The notes: generated from the sequence alone by a model not told the origin. DNA of 64,000 nt from an uncultured Dehalococcoidia bacterium (GCA_964612825.1 CAZTCW010000014.1:11114-75113); one strand, 5' to 3'; shown: positions 38,048 to 47,917, numbered from the stretch's first letter. Translations and numbers: made by a program.

Positions 38048-39022
38048 TTAGGAATAAATATTGTGGTATAGAGCCTCTGGAGAGGGGAACGGGCTTGATT
38101 CAGCAAATTCTACTGCTGCCTCAACTTGTTTTTCGACCTCTTGGTAGATCTTCTCAATTTCCGCCTGTGAAACTTTGCCTGAGTTCACTATATCAGCGGG
38201 GAACGTGACAAGGGGATCCCGGGGTTTCCAAGCAATATCTTCTGCCTGATCTCGATAGTTCATGGGATCCGCCATCGAATGCCCTCGAAATCTGTAGCAG
38301 ATGGCTTCGATAAAATAGGGGCCATCACCCGATAAGATTTTTTTCCGAGCTTCCTCAGTCGCTGTTTTAACTTCCAACAAGTTCATCCCGTCAATCTGCT
38401 GGGAGGGAATTTTGTAATGGTCGGATACCGTGTAGGGGTCTTTTCCTCCCGCGAATGTCCTCTCTATCCCGCTTCCCATCCCGTACAGGTTATTTTCGAG
38501 GAAAAAGAGAACTGGCAGTTTCCAAATAGAGGCTAAATTAAAAGCCTCATGGAATTCACCTTGATTCAAGGCTCCATCCCCAAAATAACAGACTACTATC
38601 CGATCTTCTCCCAATTCTTGGGCGGCTAGGGCTAACCCTGTGGCGATTGGTAATTGCCCCCCAACAATTGCGTACCCGCCAGTAAAGTTCAAGGAGGAGT
38701 CTACAAGGTGCATCGACCCACCTTTTCCTCCAGTGGTACCGGTGGATTTTCCGTATAATTCTGCCATTACCGCGTCGGGGTTCATTCCTCTTGCTAGTGC
38801 ATGCCCATGGTCCCGATAATGCGTCACTATATAATCTTGGGGCTCAAGTGCAGCAGCGGGCCCAACCGCGATAGCGTCCTCTCCTATATACAGATGAAGA
38901 AACCCTCTAATTTTCCCCTGCATGTATAACTCGCCGCAACGTTCTTCGAAAGCCCTAATTAACTGCATTTCCCGGAAGAGCGAGAGCATTGATTTTTTTG
39001 TTAATTGTTCTTCAATTTTCAT
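38048..39022 (-). CDS. 2-oxoacid (pyruvate-type) dehydrogenase E1 component alpha subunit
   Basis: YRDHGHAL and the TPP motif GDGALNQGEFHEAFNLASIWKLPVLFFLENN. YRFRGHSMAD marks the phospho-loop region. Confidence 0.9.
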   Translation of the reverse strand: MKIEEQLTKKSMLSLFREMQLIRAFEERCGELYMQGKIRGFLHLYIGEDAIAVGPAAALEPQDYIVTHYRDHGHALARGMNPDAVMAELYGKSTGTTGGKGGSMHLVDSSLNFTGGYAIVGGQLPIATGLALAAQELGEDRIVVCYFGDGALNQGEFHEAFNLASIWKLPVLFFLENNLYGMGSGIERTFAGGKDPYTVSDHYKIPSQQIDGMNLLEVKTATEEARKKILSGDGPYFIEAICYRFRGHSMADPMNYRDQAEDIAWKPRDPLVTFPADIVNSGKVSQAEIEKIYQEVEKQVEAAVEFAESSPFPSPEALYHNIYS

Positions 39023-39121
39023 TAATTTATCCTATCAAGTAAAACTATCGGGTGTTTACCCGTAACTTCATGTATTTCAGTGTAAGCATGAAGGTTGTGT
39101 AACGATTTATCTGAATGTTTA

Positions 39122-40504
39122 TCAAATATGGATCGCCTCGCCTTCGGCAGCTAATGCCGCTTCTTTTACGGCTTCGGAAAGGGTAGGGTGAGCGTGGATT
39201 TGTAATCCGACTTCTTTGACCGTTCCCTCGAGTAAATTAGCTATTGATAATTCTGCTAAGATCTCGGTAACTTCAGGCCCAATCAAGTGCGCTCCAAGGA
39301 GTTCACCGTATTCTTCTCCCACAATGACCTTAACGAATCCGTCTCCTTCTCCTAGTCCTAGTGCTTTACCGTTCGCACTAAAAGGAAAACGTCCAACTTT
39401 AAATTTTAAGTTTAATTCCTTCGCTTGTGGTTCGCTAATCCCCCAACTTGCGACTTGGGGTTGGCAGTAAACCGCTCTGGGAATAACGGTGTAGTTTAAT
39501 GGAGAAGGATTCTTCCCAGCGATATGTTCAGCAACGAAAACTCCTTGTGCTGACGCTACATGGGCTAAGAGCATTTTTCCAGTTACATCTCCGATCGCAT
39601 ATATGGAAGGTGCGGTTGTCTTCATTTCGTCATCGATTTGAATGAAACCTCTTTCGGTTTTTATCCCAAGTGGTTCCAGCCCTAAACCCTGTATGTTTCC
39701 TTCCACTCCTGTTGCTACTAGGACTTTGTTAAAGAAGACGGTTTCCTTTCCGTTTGGGCCCTCTAATTCAACTTTGGCTTTCCCTTTTTCAGTGGAGAAA
39801 TTTAGGACCTTAGAGTTTGTTCGAACCTCGATTCCCTGCTTTGTGAAAACCCGTTCTAAATACTGGCTGATATCCGGATCTTCATTTGGTAATATCTTGG
39901 GAAGCAGTTCAACCATGGTAACTTTTACCCCGTATGAATTGTAAATGTAGGCGAATTCACATCCGGTGGCTCCACCACCAACAATCAATATGGATTCAGG
40001 AAGTTCTGTTGTCTCAAGGGCTTCCCTGCTTGTGATTACCAAATCTCCGTCTATTGGAAGGGAAGGAAGAGTTTTAGGGGATGCTCCGGTCGCGAGGATA
40101 AAGTGATCCGCTTCATAACTTTCCCCGGACTCTTCGATTTGTATGGTGTTTGGTCCGGTTAGCGATGCATTTCCCTGGAGGTGGTCAATTTTATTTTTTT
40201 GGAGTAGTGACCCTACGCCTCTCGTTAGCTGGCCAACAACCTTCCTGCTCCGGTCGATTGCTACACCGAAATCAACTTCTAGGTTGTTATAGCTGATACC
40301 AAATTCATGTGCTCGATGAAATAAGGAGAGAACTTCGGCATTCCTAAGGAGAGATTTACTGGGTATACAGCCCCAGTTTAAACAGACCCCTCCGATTTCG
40401 GCCCGTTCTACTATTCCAGTACGTAAGCCCAATTGGGAGCATCTGATGGCAGCGACATAGCCTCCCGGGCCAGACCCGATTACCAACACATCATATTTAT
40501 TCAT
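39122..40504 (-). CDS. lpdA: Dihydrolipoyl dehydrogenase (E3)
   Basis: VIGSGPGGYVAA FAD motif, redox disulfide GGVCLNWGCIPSK and C-terminal HAHPTLSE. Confidence 0.95.
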   Translation of the reverse strand: MNKYDVLVIGSGPGGYVAAIRCSQLGLRTGIVERAEIGGVCLNWGCIPSKSLLRNAEVLSLFHRAHEFGISYNNLEVDFGVAIDRSRKVVGQLTRGVGSLLQKNKIDHLQGNASLTGPNTIQIEESGESYEADHFILATGASPKTLPSLPIDGDLVITSREALETTELPESILIVGGGATGCEFAYIYNSYGVKVTMVELLPKILPNEDPDISQYLERVFTKQGIEVRTNSKVLNFSTEKGKAKVELEGPNGKETVFFNKVLVATGVEGNIQGLGLEPLGIKTERGFIQIDDEMKTTAPSIYAIGDVTGKMLLAHVASAQGVFVAEHIAGKNPSPLNYTVIPRAVYCQPQVASWGISEPQAKELNLKFKVGRFPFSANGKALGLGEGDGFVKVIVGEEYGELLGAHLIGPEVTEILAELSIANLLEGTVKEVGLQIHAHPTLSEAVKEAALAAEGEAIHI

Positions 40505-40608
40505 AATTCATAATATTCTACCCTGAAATAACTTGAAACGCTAGTGGAAAAAACTGTGGGGTTATAGATTGGCTGTGGATTGAGTTGTTAATTGGTGAGG
40601 TGTCCGGA

Positions 40609-41367
40609 TTATTGTTTTCCTCTTCCAGCTAATTTTGATAACCAGATGCCGATTTCATAAAGGAAAATTAACGGTAATGCTACCAAGGTTTGGTTTATAG
40701 GGTCAAATGTTGGAGTAATTAGGGCTCCTAATACGAATGCTAGCACTACTGCATACCTTCTCCCCGCACTAAACAAGGAGCTTTTGACGATTCCGATTTT
40801 TGTTAGGGTGAACATTATAAGAGGAGTTTCAAAAGCCAACCCCATCCAGAAAAGAAGGGTAATAACGACGTTGAGGTAATTGCCGATTCTTATCATTGGG
40901 GTGGCTATATCACCTCCAAACGTCAATAAAAATCGCAGGACAGGTGGTATCAGGATGAAATAAGCGAATGCAACGCCCCCTAAAAAGCAAAAGAATGCCC
41001 CAGGCAACATGGCATAAATCCAACGCTTTTCTGTGGAGGTTAACCCAGGTGCCGCAAAACGAATTACTTGAAATACAATTATGGGTAGTGCAAGGATCAA
41101 CCCCCCTAGTAATGAAACTTTAACGGTGACGCCTAGGAGTTCCGCTACCTCCGTGAAGATCGGTTCCCCAGTTCCCGAGAGATGTTTTTGGCCAGGAACT
41201 AGGAGTACGCCTATCATCTTCCGAAAAAAAATAAGGCTGATCCCGGCCCCGGTTATCAGAGCTAAACTTGAAACTAATAAGCGCCATCTTAGTTCATTGA
41301 GATGTTCACGTAACGGCCGTGCACGGTCTTTTATTTTTTTATCTCCTTTTCGTCTCCCAAAATACAA
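40609..41367 (-). CDS. tatC: Twin-arginine translocase subunit TatC
   Basis: LREHLNELRWRL N-terminus and a 6-TM profile. The TTG start abuts the tatA stop. Confidence 0.9.
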   Translation of the reverse strand: MYFGRRKGDKKIKDRARPLREHLNELRWRLLVSSLALITGAGISLIFFRKMIGVLLVPGQKHLSGTGEPIFTEVAELLGVTVKVSLLGGLILALPIIVFQVIRFAAPGLTSTEKRWIYAMLPGAFFCFLGGVAFAYFILIPPVLRFLLTFGGDIATPMIRIGNYLNVVITLLFWMGLAFETPLIMFTLTKIGIVKSSLFSAGRRYAVVLAFVLGALITPTFDPINQTLVALPLIFLYEIGIWLSKLAGRGKQ

Positions 41368-41634
41368 TTAGGTATTGTCGGGATTCTCGACGTCATTTTT
41401 CCTTGCTCGAGCTTCTGGGGGGGAGGGAATGGCTGTGGATCGTTTGTTAGACTCTTCATCTCCTTCTAGCAACTCCTCTGCATACCGGGGGAGATTTCCT
41501 GTAATCTCTCTAATATTCCCCATGAGATTTCCGAATGCTCGAGCTAAAAGGATTAATCGTCGGGGTCCAAGGATCAATAGAGCAAGAACGAGGATAACGA
41601 GTAACTCGAGGTTTCCAACACCCATAAAATTCAT
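41368..41634 (-). CDS. tatA: Twin-arginine translocase TatA/TatB family protein
   Basis: N-terminal TM LELLVILVLALLILGPRRL followed by an amphipathic helix. The start overlaps the maf stop by 4 nt. Confidence 0.85.
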   Translation of the reverse strand: MNFMGVGNLELLVILVLALLILGPRRLILLARAFGNLMGNIREITGNLPRYAEELLEGDEESNKRSTAIPSPPEARARKNDVENPDNT

Positions 41635-42317
41635 AATTGAATGGTATCCCTTTTTATTAAGGTTTTACATCCTTTGCAAGTTGACGCTACGCTTCCCCTG
41701 CTAAGATCCATGGTCGAGGTCCATAATTCGATTAATTGAGGTGGTATTGTTAGCAGAGTAGATTTCGATAGGGTTTTCAATATAATGCAGAGAGGCAACC
41801 CCACGACGTTGGTATAACACCCCATAATCTTTCTTGCCGGATTGAAACTTGTATCCTGGATCGCATATCCTCCAGCCTTATCGAATGGGCTTCCAGTTTT
41901 GATAAACGTTGAAATTTCTTTGTCTGTGTAGTTTCTCATTTGGACTAAAGTCTTATGACACTCGGTTTTGGAGACCCCTGACTCAATATCAATCCATGCA
42001 ATCCCGGTGACTACATTGTGAAAATTCCCCCTTAATTTTAGGAGCATGTTTTTAGCTTCAGTTTTAGTTTTGGGCTTCCCAATCACCGAATCATCTATAT
42101 CTACTAACGTATCAGCTGCAAGTACCATCCCATGGTGAAAAGCTTGGCTTACATTTAATCCTTTTTGAAGAGCAAGCCTTCGAGTAATGGACTCAGCTGT
42201 CTCTTCTCCGCCAAAAATCTCCCTAGTATTTGGTTCAATTACTTGAAACGGGACACCGAAATTTGAGAGCAGTTCTTTTCTCCTTGGTGAACTCGAGGCT
42301 AAAATCAAGTGGGTCAA
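41631..42317 (-). CDS. maf: Maf-like nucleoside triphosphate pyrophosphatase
   Basis: LILASSSPRRKELL, LAADTLV and KAGGYAIQD blocks, plus a C-terminal extension of about 35 aa. Confidence 0.9.
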   Translation of the reverse strand: MTHLILASSSPRRKELLSNFGVPFQVIEPNTREIFGGEETAESITRRLALQKGLNVSQAFHHGMVLAADTLVDIDDSVIGKPKTKTEAKNMLLKLRGNFHNVVTGIAWIDIESGVSKTECHKTLVQMRNYTDKEISTFIKTGSPFDKAGGYAIQDTSFNPARKIMGCYTNVVGLPLCIILKTLSKSTLLTIPPQLIELWTSTMDLSRGSVASTCKGCKTLIKRDTIQL

Positions 42318-43531
42318 ACTGGCGCCTCCAGTTCATAGTTAAACATCGAGACCATACATTCGACATGGTGAGTCTGAGGGAAGAGATCAATTGGTTGAAC
42401 TTTTTCAATTTTGAAAGGACCGGCGGCCAGGATCGCCAAATCCCTAGAGAGGGTTTCCGGGTCGCAAGATACATATAAAATACGCCGTGGGGGAGAATTG
42501 GATAGGGCTTGTAGGGTCCTAGGGTGACAGCCAGCCCTTGGAGGGTCAAGGAGAACAAGATCGGGAGATGGAGCCAAATTAGGTAAAAGATCTTCTACTC
42601 TACCCTGAAGAGATTCGACATTTGCGAAATGGCCTAGGTTTTCACGAGAATCCTTGATAGCGGCTCCAGATTCCTCTAAAGCAAATACTTTTTGGACAAA
42701 AGGGGCTAATAACGCAGCGAATACCCCAACACCTGCATAGGCATCAACCAGAATTTCCTCCCCAGTCGTTTTGAGCATGGTTTTTGCGATATCTATCATG
42801 GCCTCAGCCTGAGGAGTATTTACCTGGAAAAAGGATGGGGACCCTACTCGGAATTGTTGCCCATGCAAGGTTTCATAATAATATTTTTGTCCAGTGATAA
42901 CGTTTATTTCAAAGTTGGAAAGTTTTGGTTGGATTAGGAGGCTTCCAGAATTGACCCCATATCGAATCGACAACTGGCTTGTTTCACTACAGTATCCTTG
43001 TAGGGATTCGAGGGTTTCGTTAATCGAATCATGCATTAGAAGGCATTTACTTACCGGGACAAATGCTTTGGTAGCTTTATTTACGAACCCTAGGTTTCCG
43101 TTCCGTCCTACTGTAAATCTTGCATGATTACGATATCCAAAAACGTTAGGGCTCGGTAAGGTTTCTGCGACTAATACACCGGATAGGCTTGGAAATTTAT
43201 TCAGGTTTTTTCTTACGATGGAGTGTTTAAGGGCCAATTGGTGGGAATATTTAATGTGTTGCCATTCGCACCCGGTACAAGGCCAGAAGATTGGACAAGG
43301 AGCTTTTACCCGGTGCTCAGATCCTTTAAGTACTTCGATAACATGTGCTTCTATCCGTGATCTGTGTATTCTCGCTATTTTTGCTGTTACACGTTCACCG
43401 GCTATTCCACCAAAGGTTACAATGTTCTGATCCTGAAATTTACCTGAGACTTCTTCGTTATCTCCGTTTGATTCAAGAGTTAGTTGTAATTCGTCTCCAA
43501 CATTAATAGTGTTAATTGGTTCTGTGGTCAT
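42314..43531 (-). CDS. TrmA/RumA-family RNA (uracil-C5)-methyltransferase with TRAM domain and Fe-S cysteines
   Basis: N-terminal TRAM-like part, Cys cluster CPIFWPCTGCEW, SAM motif LVDAYAGVGVFA, LLDPPRAG and YVSCDP. Confidence 0.85.
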   Translation of the reverse strand: MTTEPINTINVGDELQLTLESNGDNEEVSGKFQDQNIVTFGGIAGERVTAKIARIHRSRIEAHVIEVLKGSEHRVKAPCPIFWPCTGCEWQHIKYSHQLALKHSIVRKNLNKFPSLSGVLVAETLPSPNVFGYRNHARFTVGRNGNLGFVNKATKAFVPVSKCLLMHDSINETLESLQGYCSETSQLSIRYGVNSGSLLIQPKLSNFEINVITGQKYYYETLHGQQFRVGSPSFFQVNTPQAEAMIDIAKTMLKTTGEEILVDAYAGVGVFAALLAPFVQKVFALEESGAAIKDSRENLGHFANVESLQGRVEDLLPNLAPSPDLVLLDPPRAGCHPRTLQALSNSPPRRILYVSCDPETLSRDLAILAAGPFKIEKVQPIDLFPQTHHVECMVSMFNYELEAPV

Positions 43532-43662
43532 GGTATCTTCTCATGCAACACTATAACCTTTAGAGTTGTAGCAAACAAGGCGGAGATTGACAGTAGATTG
43601 GAAGTTAAATATAATCAAGTTTCGGAAATCCAGTCAGCTCGGTAGTGAATAGGGGGAAATTC

Positions 43663-43854
43663 TTGACCTTCGTTAACGCGACAGACGGCGAGAGCTTTGA
43701 TAGCTTGCTGCGCCGATTCAACAAGAAAGTGCAGCAGGATGGGATACTTTCAGAAGCTCGAAGAAGGGCTCATTTTGAACCTCCCTATATTCAAAAGAAG
43801 AAGAAACTTGCTACTAAACGACGGAAAAGCCGAAGAACTTCAGCTCGATCTTAA
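43663..43854 (+). CDS. rpsU: 30S ribosomal protein S21
   Basis: ESFDSLLRRFNKKVQQDGILSEARRR...KKKK pattern. AGGGGGA lies 5 nt before the TTG at 43663. The track ORF starts at GTG 43645. Confidence 0.85.
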   Translation: MTFVNATDGESFDSLLRRFNKKVQQDGILSEARRRAHFEPPYIQKKKKLATKRRKSRRTSARS

Positions 43855-43889
43855 ATCCGCTAAAAATACAGGTACAATCCCCAATTGAT

Positions 43890-44339
43890 ATGCATCTCTC
43901 TGAGCAGTTAAATCAAGATATAAAATCCGCTATGCGTTCCGGAGATAATCTTCGACGGGACGTTCTTCGCCTACTAGTCAGCGCCCTTCATTATGAAGAG
44001 ATTGAAAAAGGGCGTCCCTTGAATGCCACTGAAACGGCGCAATTCTTGCAAAGGCAAACTCGGCAGCGGAAGGATAGTATTCAAGAGTTCGAAAAAGGTG
44101 GTCGGCAAGACCTGGTTGATCGTGAGGCTTCGGAGTTGGAGATAGTAGGAGAGTACTTACCTCCCCAAAAATCTCGGGAAGAAATCCTAGAAATCGCCAT
44201 TCAGGTTATCGAGGAATTAGGCCCTAGTAATTCAGGAGATAAAGGGAAGGTGATGGGGGCTTTAATGCCTCGGCTTTTGGGGACAGCTGACGGTGGACTT
44301 GTGAATTCTGTCGTTACGGAAATCCTTTCCAGCAAATAA
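43890..44339 (+). CDS. GatB/YqeY domain-containing protein
   Basis: L..DIKSAMRSGD..R..LRLL and LPPQ.S.EE blocks. The usual position is after rpsU. Confidence 0.9.
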   Translation: MHLSEQLNQDIKSAMRSGDNLRRDVLRLLVSALHYEEIEKGRPLNATETAQFLQRQTRQRKDSIQEFEKGGRQDLVDREASELEIVGEYLPPQKSREEILEIAIQVIEELGPSNSGDKGKVMGALMPRLLGTADGGLVNSVVTEILSSK

Positions 44340-44460
44340 CAGGGTAACATTCCGTTTCGTTTCATATCCCAAATTGTTTTCCTGATGACAATTCTTTTGC
44401 CATTTTCTGTTTATTGTTGTAGATTTCCTTTGTTTATTCTTATCGTAGTTAGAGGGGCCG

Positions 44461-45150
44461 ATGCGATTTGGTATCGTCGTTTTTCCGGGAACATGGAGCG
44501 ACCAAGACTGTTTCAATTCCCTAGGTAGGGTTTTAGGTCAAGAGGTTGACTATGTTTGGCATAAAGAGACGGATCTTTCTAGATTCGACTGCATTATCTT
44601 GCCAGGCGGGTTTTCGTATGGGGATTACCTCCGAACCGGAGCCATCGCTAGGTTCTCTCCAGTAATGAATTCCTTGAAACAATTTATCGAGGGAAATGGT
44701 TTGGTTTTGGGTATTTGCAATGGTTTTCAAATCTTATGTGAGGCAGGATTTTTACCCGGAGCGTTAGTCAGGAACGAATCTTTAGAATTTCGCTGTGAGT
44801 GGACTCATTTACGTGTGGAAAATGCCCAAACATCCTTTAGTAGAGAGTTTTTTTCCCAACAGGTGATAAAGATTCCAATCTCTCACGGAGAAGGTCGGTA
44901 TTTCGCTGATAAGGAAATTCTTACGGGTCTCGAAAAGGAAAATCGAGTGGTTTTTCGTTATAGCAATTTTGAGGGAATCCCAACATCAGATTCAAACCCT
45001 AATGGTTCGTTAAACAATATCGCTGGAATCATCAATGCTCGGGGAAATGTATTAGGGATGATGCCCCACCCTGAACGTGCTTGCGAGCTTTTACTTGGAG
45101 GAGATCATGGAGCCTCGATATTCCGGTCTTTGTTTAAACCAGCTGATTAA
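44461..45150 (+). CDS. purQ: Phosphoribosylformylglycinamidine synthase glutaminase subunit
   Basis: ILPGGFSYGDYLR, GICNGFQ (nucleophile Cys) and MMPHPER triad blocks. No purS or purL is adjacent. Confidence 0.95.
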   Translation: MRFGIVVFPGTWSDQDCFNSLGRVLGQEVDYVWHKETDLSRFDCIILPGGFSYGDYLRTGAIARFSPVMNSLKQFIEGNGLVLGICNGFQILCEAGFLPGALVRNESLEFRCEWTHLRVENAQTSFSREFFSQQVIKIPISHGEGRYFADKEILTGLEKENRVVFRYSNFEGIPTSDSNPNGSLNNIAGIINARGNVLGMMPHPERACELLLGGDHGASIFRSLFKPAD

Positions 45151-45190
45151 CTGGTAGATAAGAAAGAAGTATTTTTCTAGGAGTTTCGGG

Positions 45191-45610
45191 ATGGGTGTTT
45201 TCCTTGGTTTAACGGCCGCTTTTCTTTTTGGGATTTCCTCAGTAATCGTCCGAATAGGGTTGCAAGAACTTCGCTCGAGTACTGGGACGATGATTTCCTT
45301 ATTCTCTGGGCTGTGTTTGATCATGACTTTAGCGTTGATCTTCCATTGGGATACTGTCACCCAACTAACCGGGCAATCATACCTTTGGTTTATGCTTTCA
45401 GGTCTGTTAAATTTTCCGATGGGCCGATTTATGAATTTCTCTAGTGTCCAACGCATCGGGGTTAGCCGGGCAACCCCAGTTGTGAATTCCGCCCCGTTAT
45501 TTGCCGCAGCTTTCGCCATCCTGATTCTGGGTGAGGAGATGACCGCTCCTCTTCTCTTAGGGACTCTTTGCGTTATGGCAGGGATTGCTCTGATTGTGAG
45601 TCAACGATGA
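45191..45610 (+). CDS. Half-size EamA/DMT-family membrane protein (first of a pair)
   Basis: 139 aa with about 4-5 TM segments. A single EamA-like repeat ending ...LGEEMT...G..CVMAGIALI. Confidence 0.7.
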   Translation: MGVFLGLTAAFLFGISSVIVRIGLQELRSSTGTMISLFSGLCLIMTLALIFHWDTVTQLTGQSYLWFMLSGLLNFPMGRFMNFSSVQRIGVSRATPVVNSAPLFAAAFAILILGEEMTAPLLLGTLCVMAGIALIVSQR

Positions 45611-46053
45611 ATTTTCTTAAGACGAATTGGGTAATTCAAGGGTATTTTCTGGCAATTGGGGCCGCTATGAGTTACGGCGGTAGTCAGGTAGTCGCCAAAA
45701 TGATTGTCAGTGATATCCCGCCTTTGGTTGGGGCGGCATTTGCATTATTGTTTGGGACTCTCATTCTCGGAATTCTTACAGGTCGCGATGTCCTTCGTCC
45801 AACACATGCTCCTTTAAGTTCGTATCTCTGGATGGCCACTGCGGGCATTGTGGCTTCTAGTGGGGTCGCTGCCATGTTTTTGGGCTTAAGTAGAGCTCCA
45901 GTGGTAATCATTTCGCCATTAATTAGTATAAATCCTCTATTGGCAATTTTGCTCAGCCAACTGTTTATTCGGAATCTTGAACGTTTCACCTGGCGTGTTC
46001 CAGCCGGAGCAGTGTTAATAGTTATTGGTGTTATTGTAATTAGTGTGAATTAG
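45607..46053 (+). CDS. Half-size EamA/DMT-family membrane protein (second of a pair)
   Basis: 148 aa from the ATG at 45607, which overlaps the upstream TGA (ATGA). About 4-5 TM segments, ending ...GAVLIVIGVIVI. Confidence 0.7.
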   Translation: MNFLKTNWVIQGYFLAIGAAMSYGGSQVVAKMIVSDIPPLVGAAFALLFGTLILGILTGRDVLRPTHAPLSSYLWMATAGIVASSGVAAMFLGLSRAPVVIISPLISINPLLAILLSQLFIRNLERFTWRVPAGAVLIVIGVIVISVN

Positions 46054-46142
46054 GGCAAACGATTACTTGTTAGGCGGATCAGAAGCTGAATTTACGTTAT
46101 AATTGTTCCATGTAAGATTTGTAATAGGAGTACACGCGAAGT

Positions 46143-47051
46143 ATGAGGCGACGAGAAATAGGTAAGGATAAAGGATTACGTTTTCGGATGTACCTTGTCA
46201 TGTTAGCGCTGGGCGGAGTTTATCTATTCTTTGTCTCATTCATGATGGCAATGGGGATTGACATTATTTTGGTCGGGATCCTTGCAGCCGCCATGCTGGG
46301 GGTTCAGTATTTTGCTTCGGATAAATTGGTGCTGATGTCGATGGGGGCAAAGATAGTAACTGCTGATGAACACCCTCACCTTCACTCCATCGTTGATCGC
46401 TTGGTTGTTCAGGCAGAAATGCCCAAGCCGAAAATTGCAGTAGTTGATTCCGACGTCCCAAACGCTTTCGCTACTGGTCGTAATCCAAAGAACTCTGTTA
46501 TTTGTGTTACGACAGGGATAATGAACCGGCTAGAAACCAGCGAATTAGAAGGAGTACTCGGACATGAATTAGCTCACGTAAAAAATCGAGATGTGATGGT
46601 AATCACTCTAGCAAGTTTTTTCGCCACATTGGCAGCATTACTGATGCGGATGTTGTTTTGGATGAGTCTCTTTGGAGGTATGGGAGGCAGAAACCGGAAC
46701 GGTGGTGGTGCGATGGCTGCCTTCATGGTTGCTTATTTGGTTTCAGTCTTAGTTTATTTTATTGCCACCCTTCTTATCCTTACACTTTCCAGGTATCGAG
46801 AGTATGCCGCCGATAGAGGTGGAGCTATGCTTACCGGCCGTCCTTCCCAACTTGCTTCAGCCCTTATGAAAATAACTGGGTCCATAAGCAAGATACCTAC
46901 TAAGGATTTACGGCAAATGGAAACAGCTAATGCCCTATGTATTGTTTCTGCATTGAAAGGGGAATCTTTAGCAGGGTTATTCGCCTCTCACCCTCCAATG
47001 CGCAAACGCGTGGAACGCTTACAACAAATGGAGCAGGAGATGGAGAACTAA
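46143..47051 (+). CDS. htpX: Zinc metalloprotease HtpX
   Basis: NAFATGRNP, HELAHVKNRD (HExxH) and EYAADRGGA blocks, plus membrane helices. Confidence 0.95.
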   Translation: MRRREIGKDKGLRFRMYLVMLALGGVYLFFVSFMMAMGIDIILVGILAAAMLGVQYFASDKLVLMSMGAKIVTADEHPHLHSIVDRLVVQAEMPKPKIAVVDSDVPNAFATGRNPKNSVICVTTGIMNRLETSELEGVLGHELAHVKNRDVMVITLASFFATLAALLMRMLFWMSLFGGMGGRNRNGGGAMAAFMVAYLVSVLVYFIATLLILTLSRYREYAADRGGAMLTGRPSQLASALMKITGSISKIPTKDLRQMETANALCIVSALKGESLAGLFASHPPMRKRVERLQQMEQEMEN

Positions 47052-47054
47052 TAG

Positions 47055-47639
47055 ATGGGGATATTTGGTTCCTTGTTTAAACGGAAAAATGATTCAAATC
47101 TTTCTAAAAATGATGCAATATTCCGATTGGCTACAGCCAGCCTGAATCTTACAGCCAAGTATGACCTTTACCCTCTAGGGAAGGCAGGTGTTTGCTTCAA
47201 TCCAATGGATTCCTCATATTTCAAGGAATTGGAATCAGAGCTTAAGGGGTTGTTGTCAATAGGGAAGGAATCCGCTGGAACCCAATACCGAGTTTTAGAT
47301 GACGATTATGGCTTTCGTTGGATTATTCTTCAAGATGATGAATTTGAGGATCTTGTAACCGCTGCTTTCCTCACAGCTCAAAGCTTTAGTGACCATGGAT
47401 TTGCAGGGCGTCTACTGGCCGCTGATTTTCCATTTATGTATGAACAGGATCGAATTCATTGGATATTCAATTACAAAAGAGGTACGTTTTATCCTTTTGT
47501 CCCAATCCCCGGAAAGCAACAACGGGATAATGCTTTGGAATTAAGTTTATCGTCTAAAATTAAAGAAGAATTACCGATCGAATCCAAGCTAGAGAGATGG
47601 TACGGAATTTGGGGGGCGCCCTTTGATGGCGTAAAGTGA
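47055..47639 (+). CDS. Hypothetical soluble protein, family not recognised
   Basis: The 194-aa ORF starts 3 nt after the htpX stop, with GGAGA 8-12 nt upstream. It has no TM segment and no motif I can name. Confidence 0.5.
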   Translation: MGIFGSLFKRKNDSNLSKNDAIFRLATASLNLTAKYDLYPLGKAGVCFNPMDSSYFKELESELKGLLSIGKESAGTQYRVLDDDYGFRWIILQDDEFEDLVTAAFLTAQSFSDHGFAGRLLAADFPFMYEQDRIHWIFNYKRGTFYPFVPIPGKQQRDNALELSLSSKIKEELPIESKLERWYGIWGAPFDGVK

Positions 47640-47686
47640 TTTTTCCGAACGATTTATGAAGAGAAAATAATTTACAGGAGTTTGGA

Positions 47687-47896
47687 GTGCCTATTTATGA
47701 GTACCGATGCCTTTCATGTGGATTAGAATTCCAACTGCGCAGGTCAATTGCGGAGTTGGATTTATTGGCTGATTGCAAGGATTGTGGGAAAGCGTCTAAA
47801 CGTTTGGTTTCTACATTCGGAGCCAAAAATGGTTTATATGTTCGAGCCGCGGGAAAGACTGCATTTCGTGGGAATCCAAGTGAAACTGGGAATTAA
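47687..47896 (+). CDS. FmdB-family zinc-ribbon protein
   Basis: MPIYEYRCLSCGLEF ... CKDCG is the FmdB/CxxC-CxxC signature. GTG start after AGGAG. Confidence 0.8.
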   Translation: MPIYEYRCLSCGLEFQLRRSIAELDLLADCKDCGKASKRLVSTFGAKNGLYVRAAGKTAFRGNPSETGN

Positions 47897-47917
47897 TTTT
47901 TGGAAGGTTATACAGAA

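Noticed and set aside
43697-43888. 63-aa ORF overlapping rpsU out of frame.
   Set aside because: The rpsU frame matches the S21 pattern and has an RBS. The alternative frame has neither.
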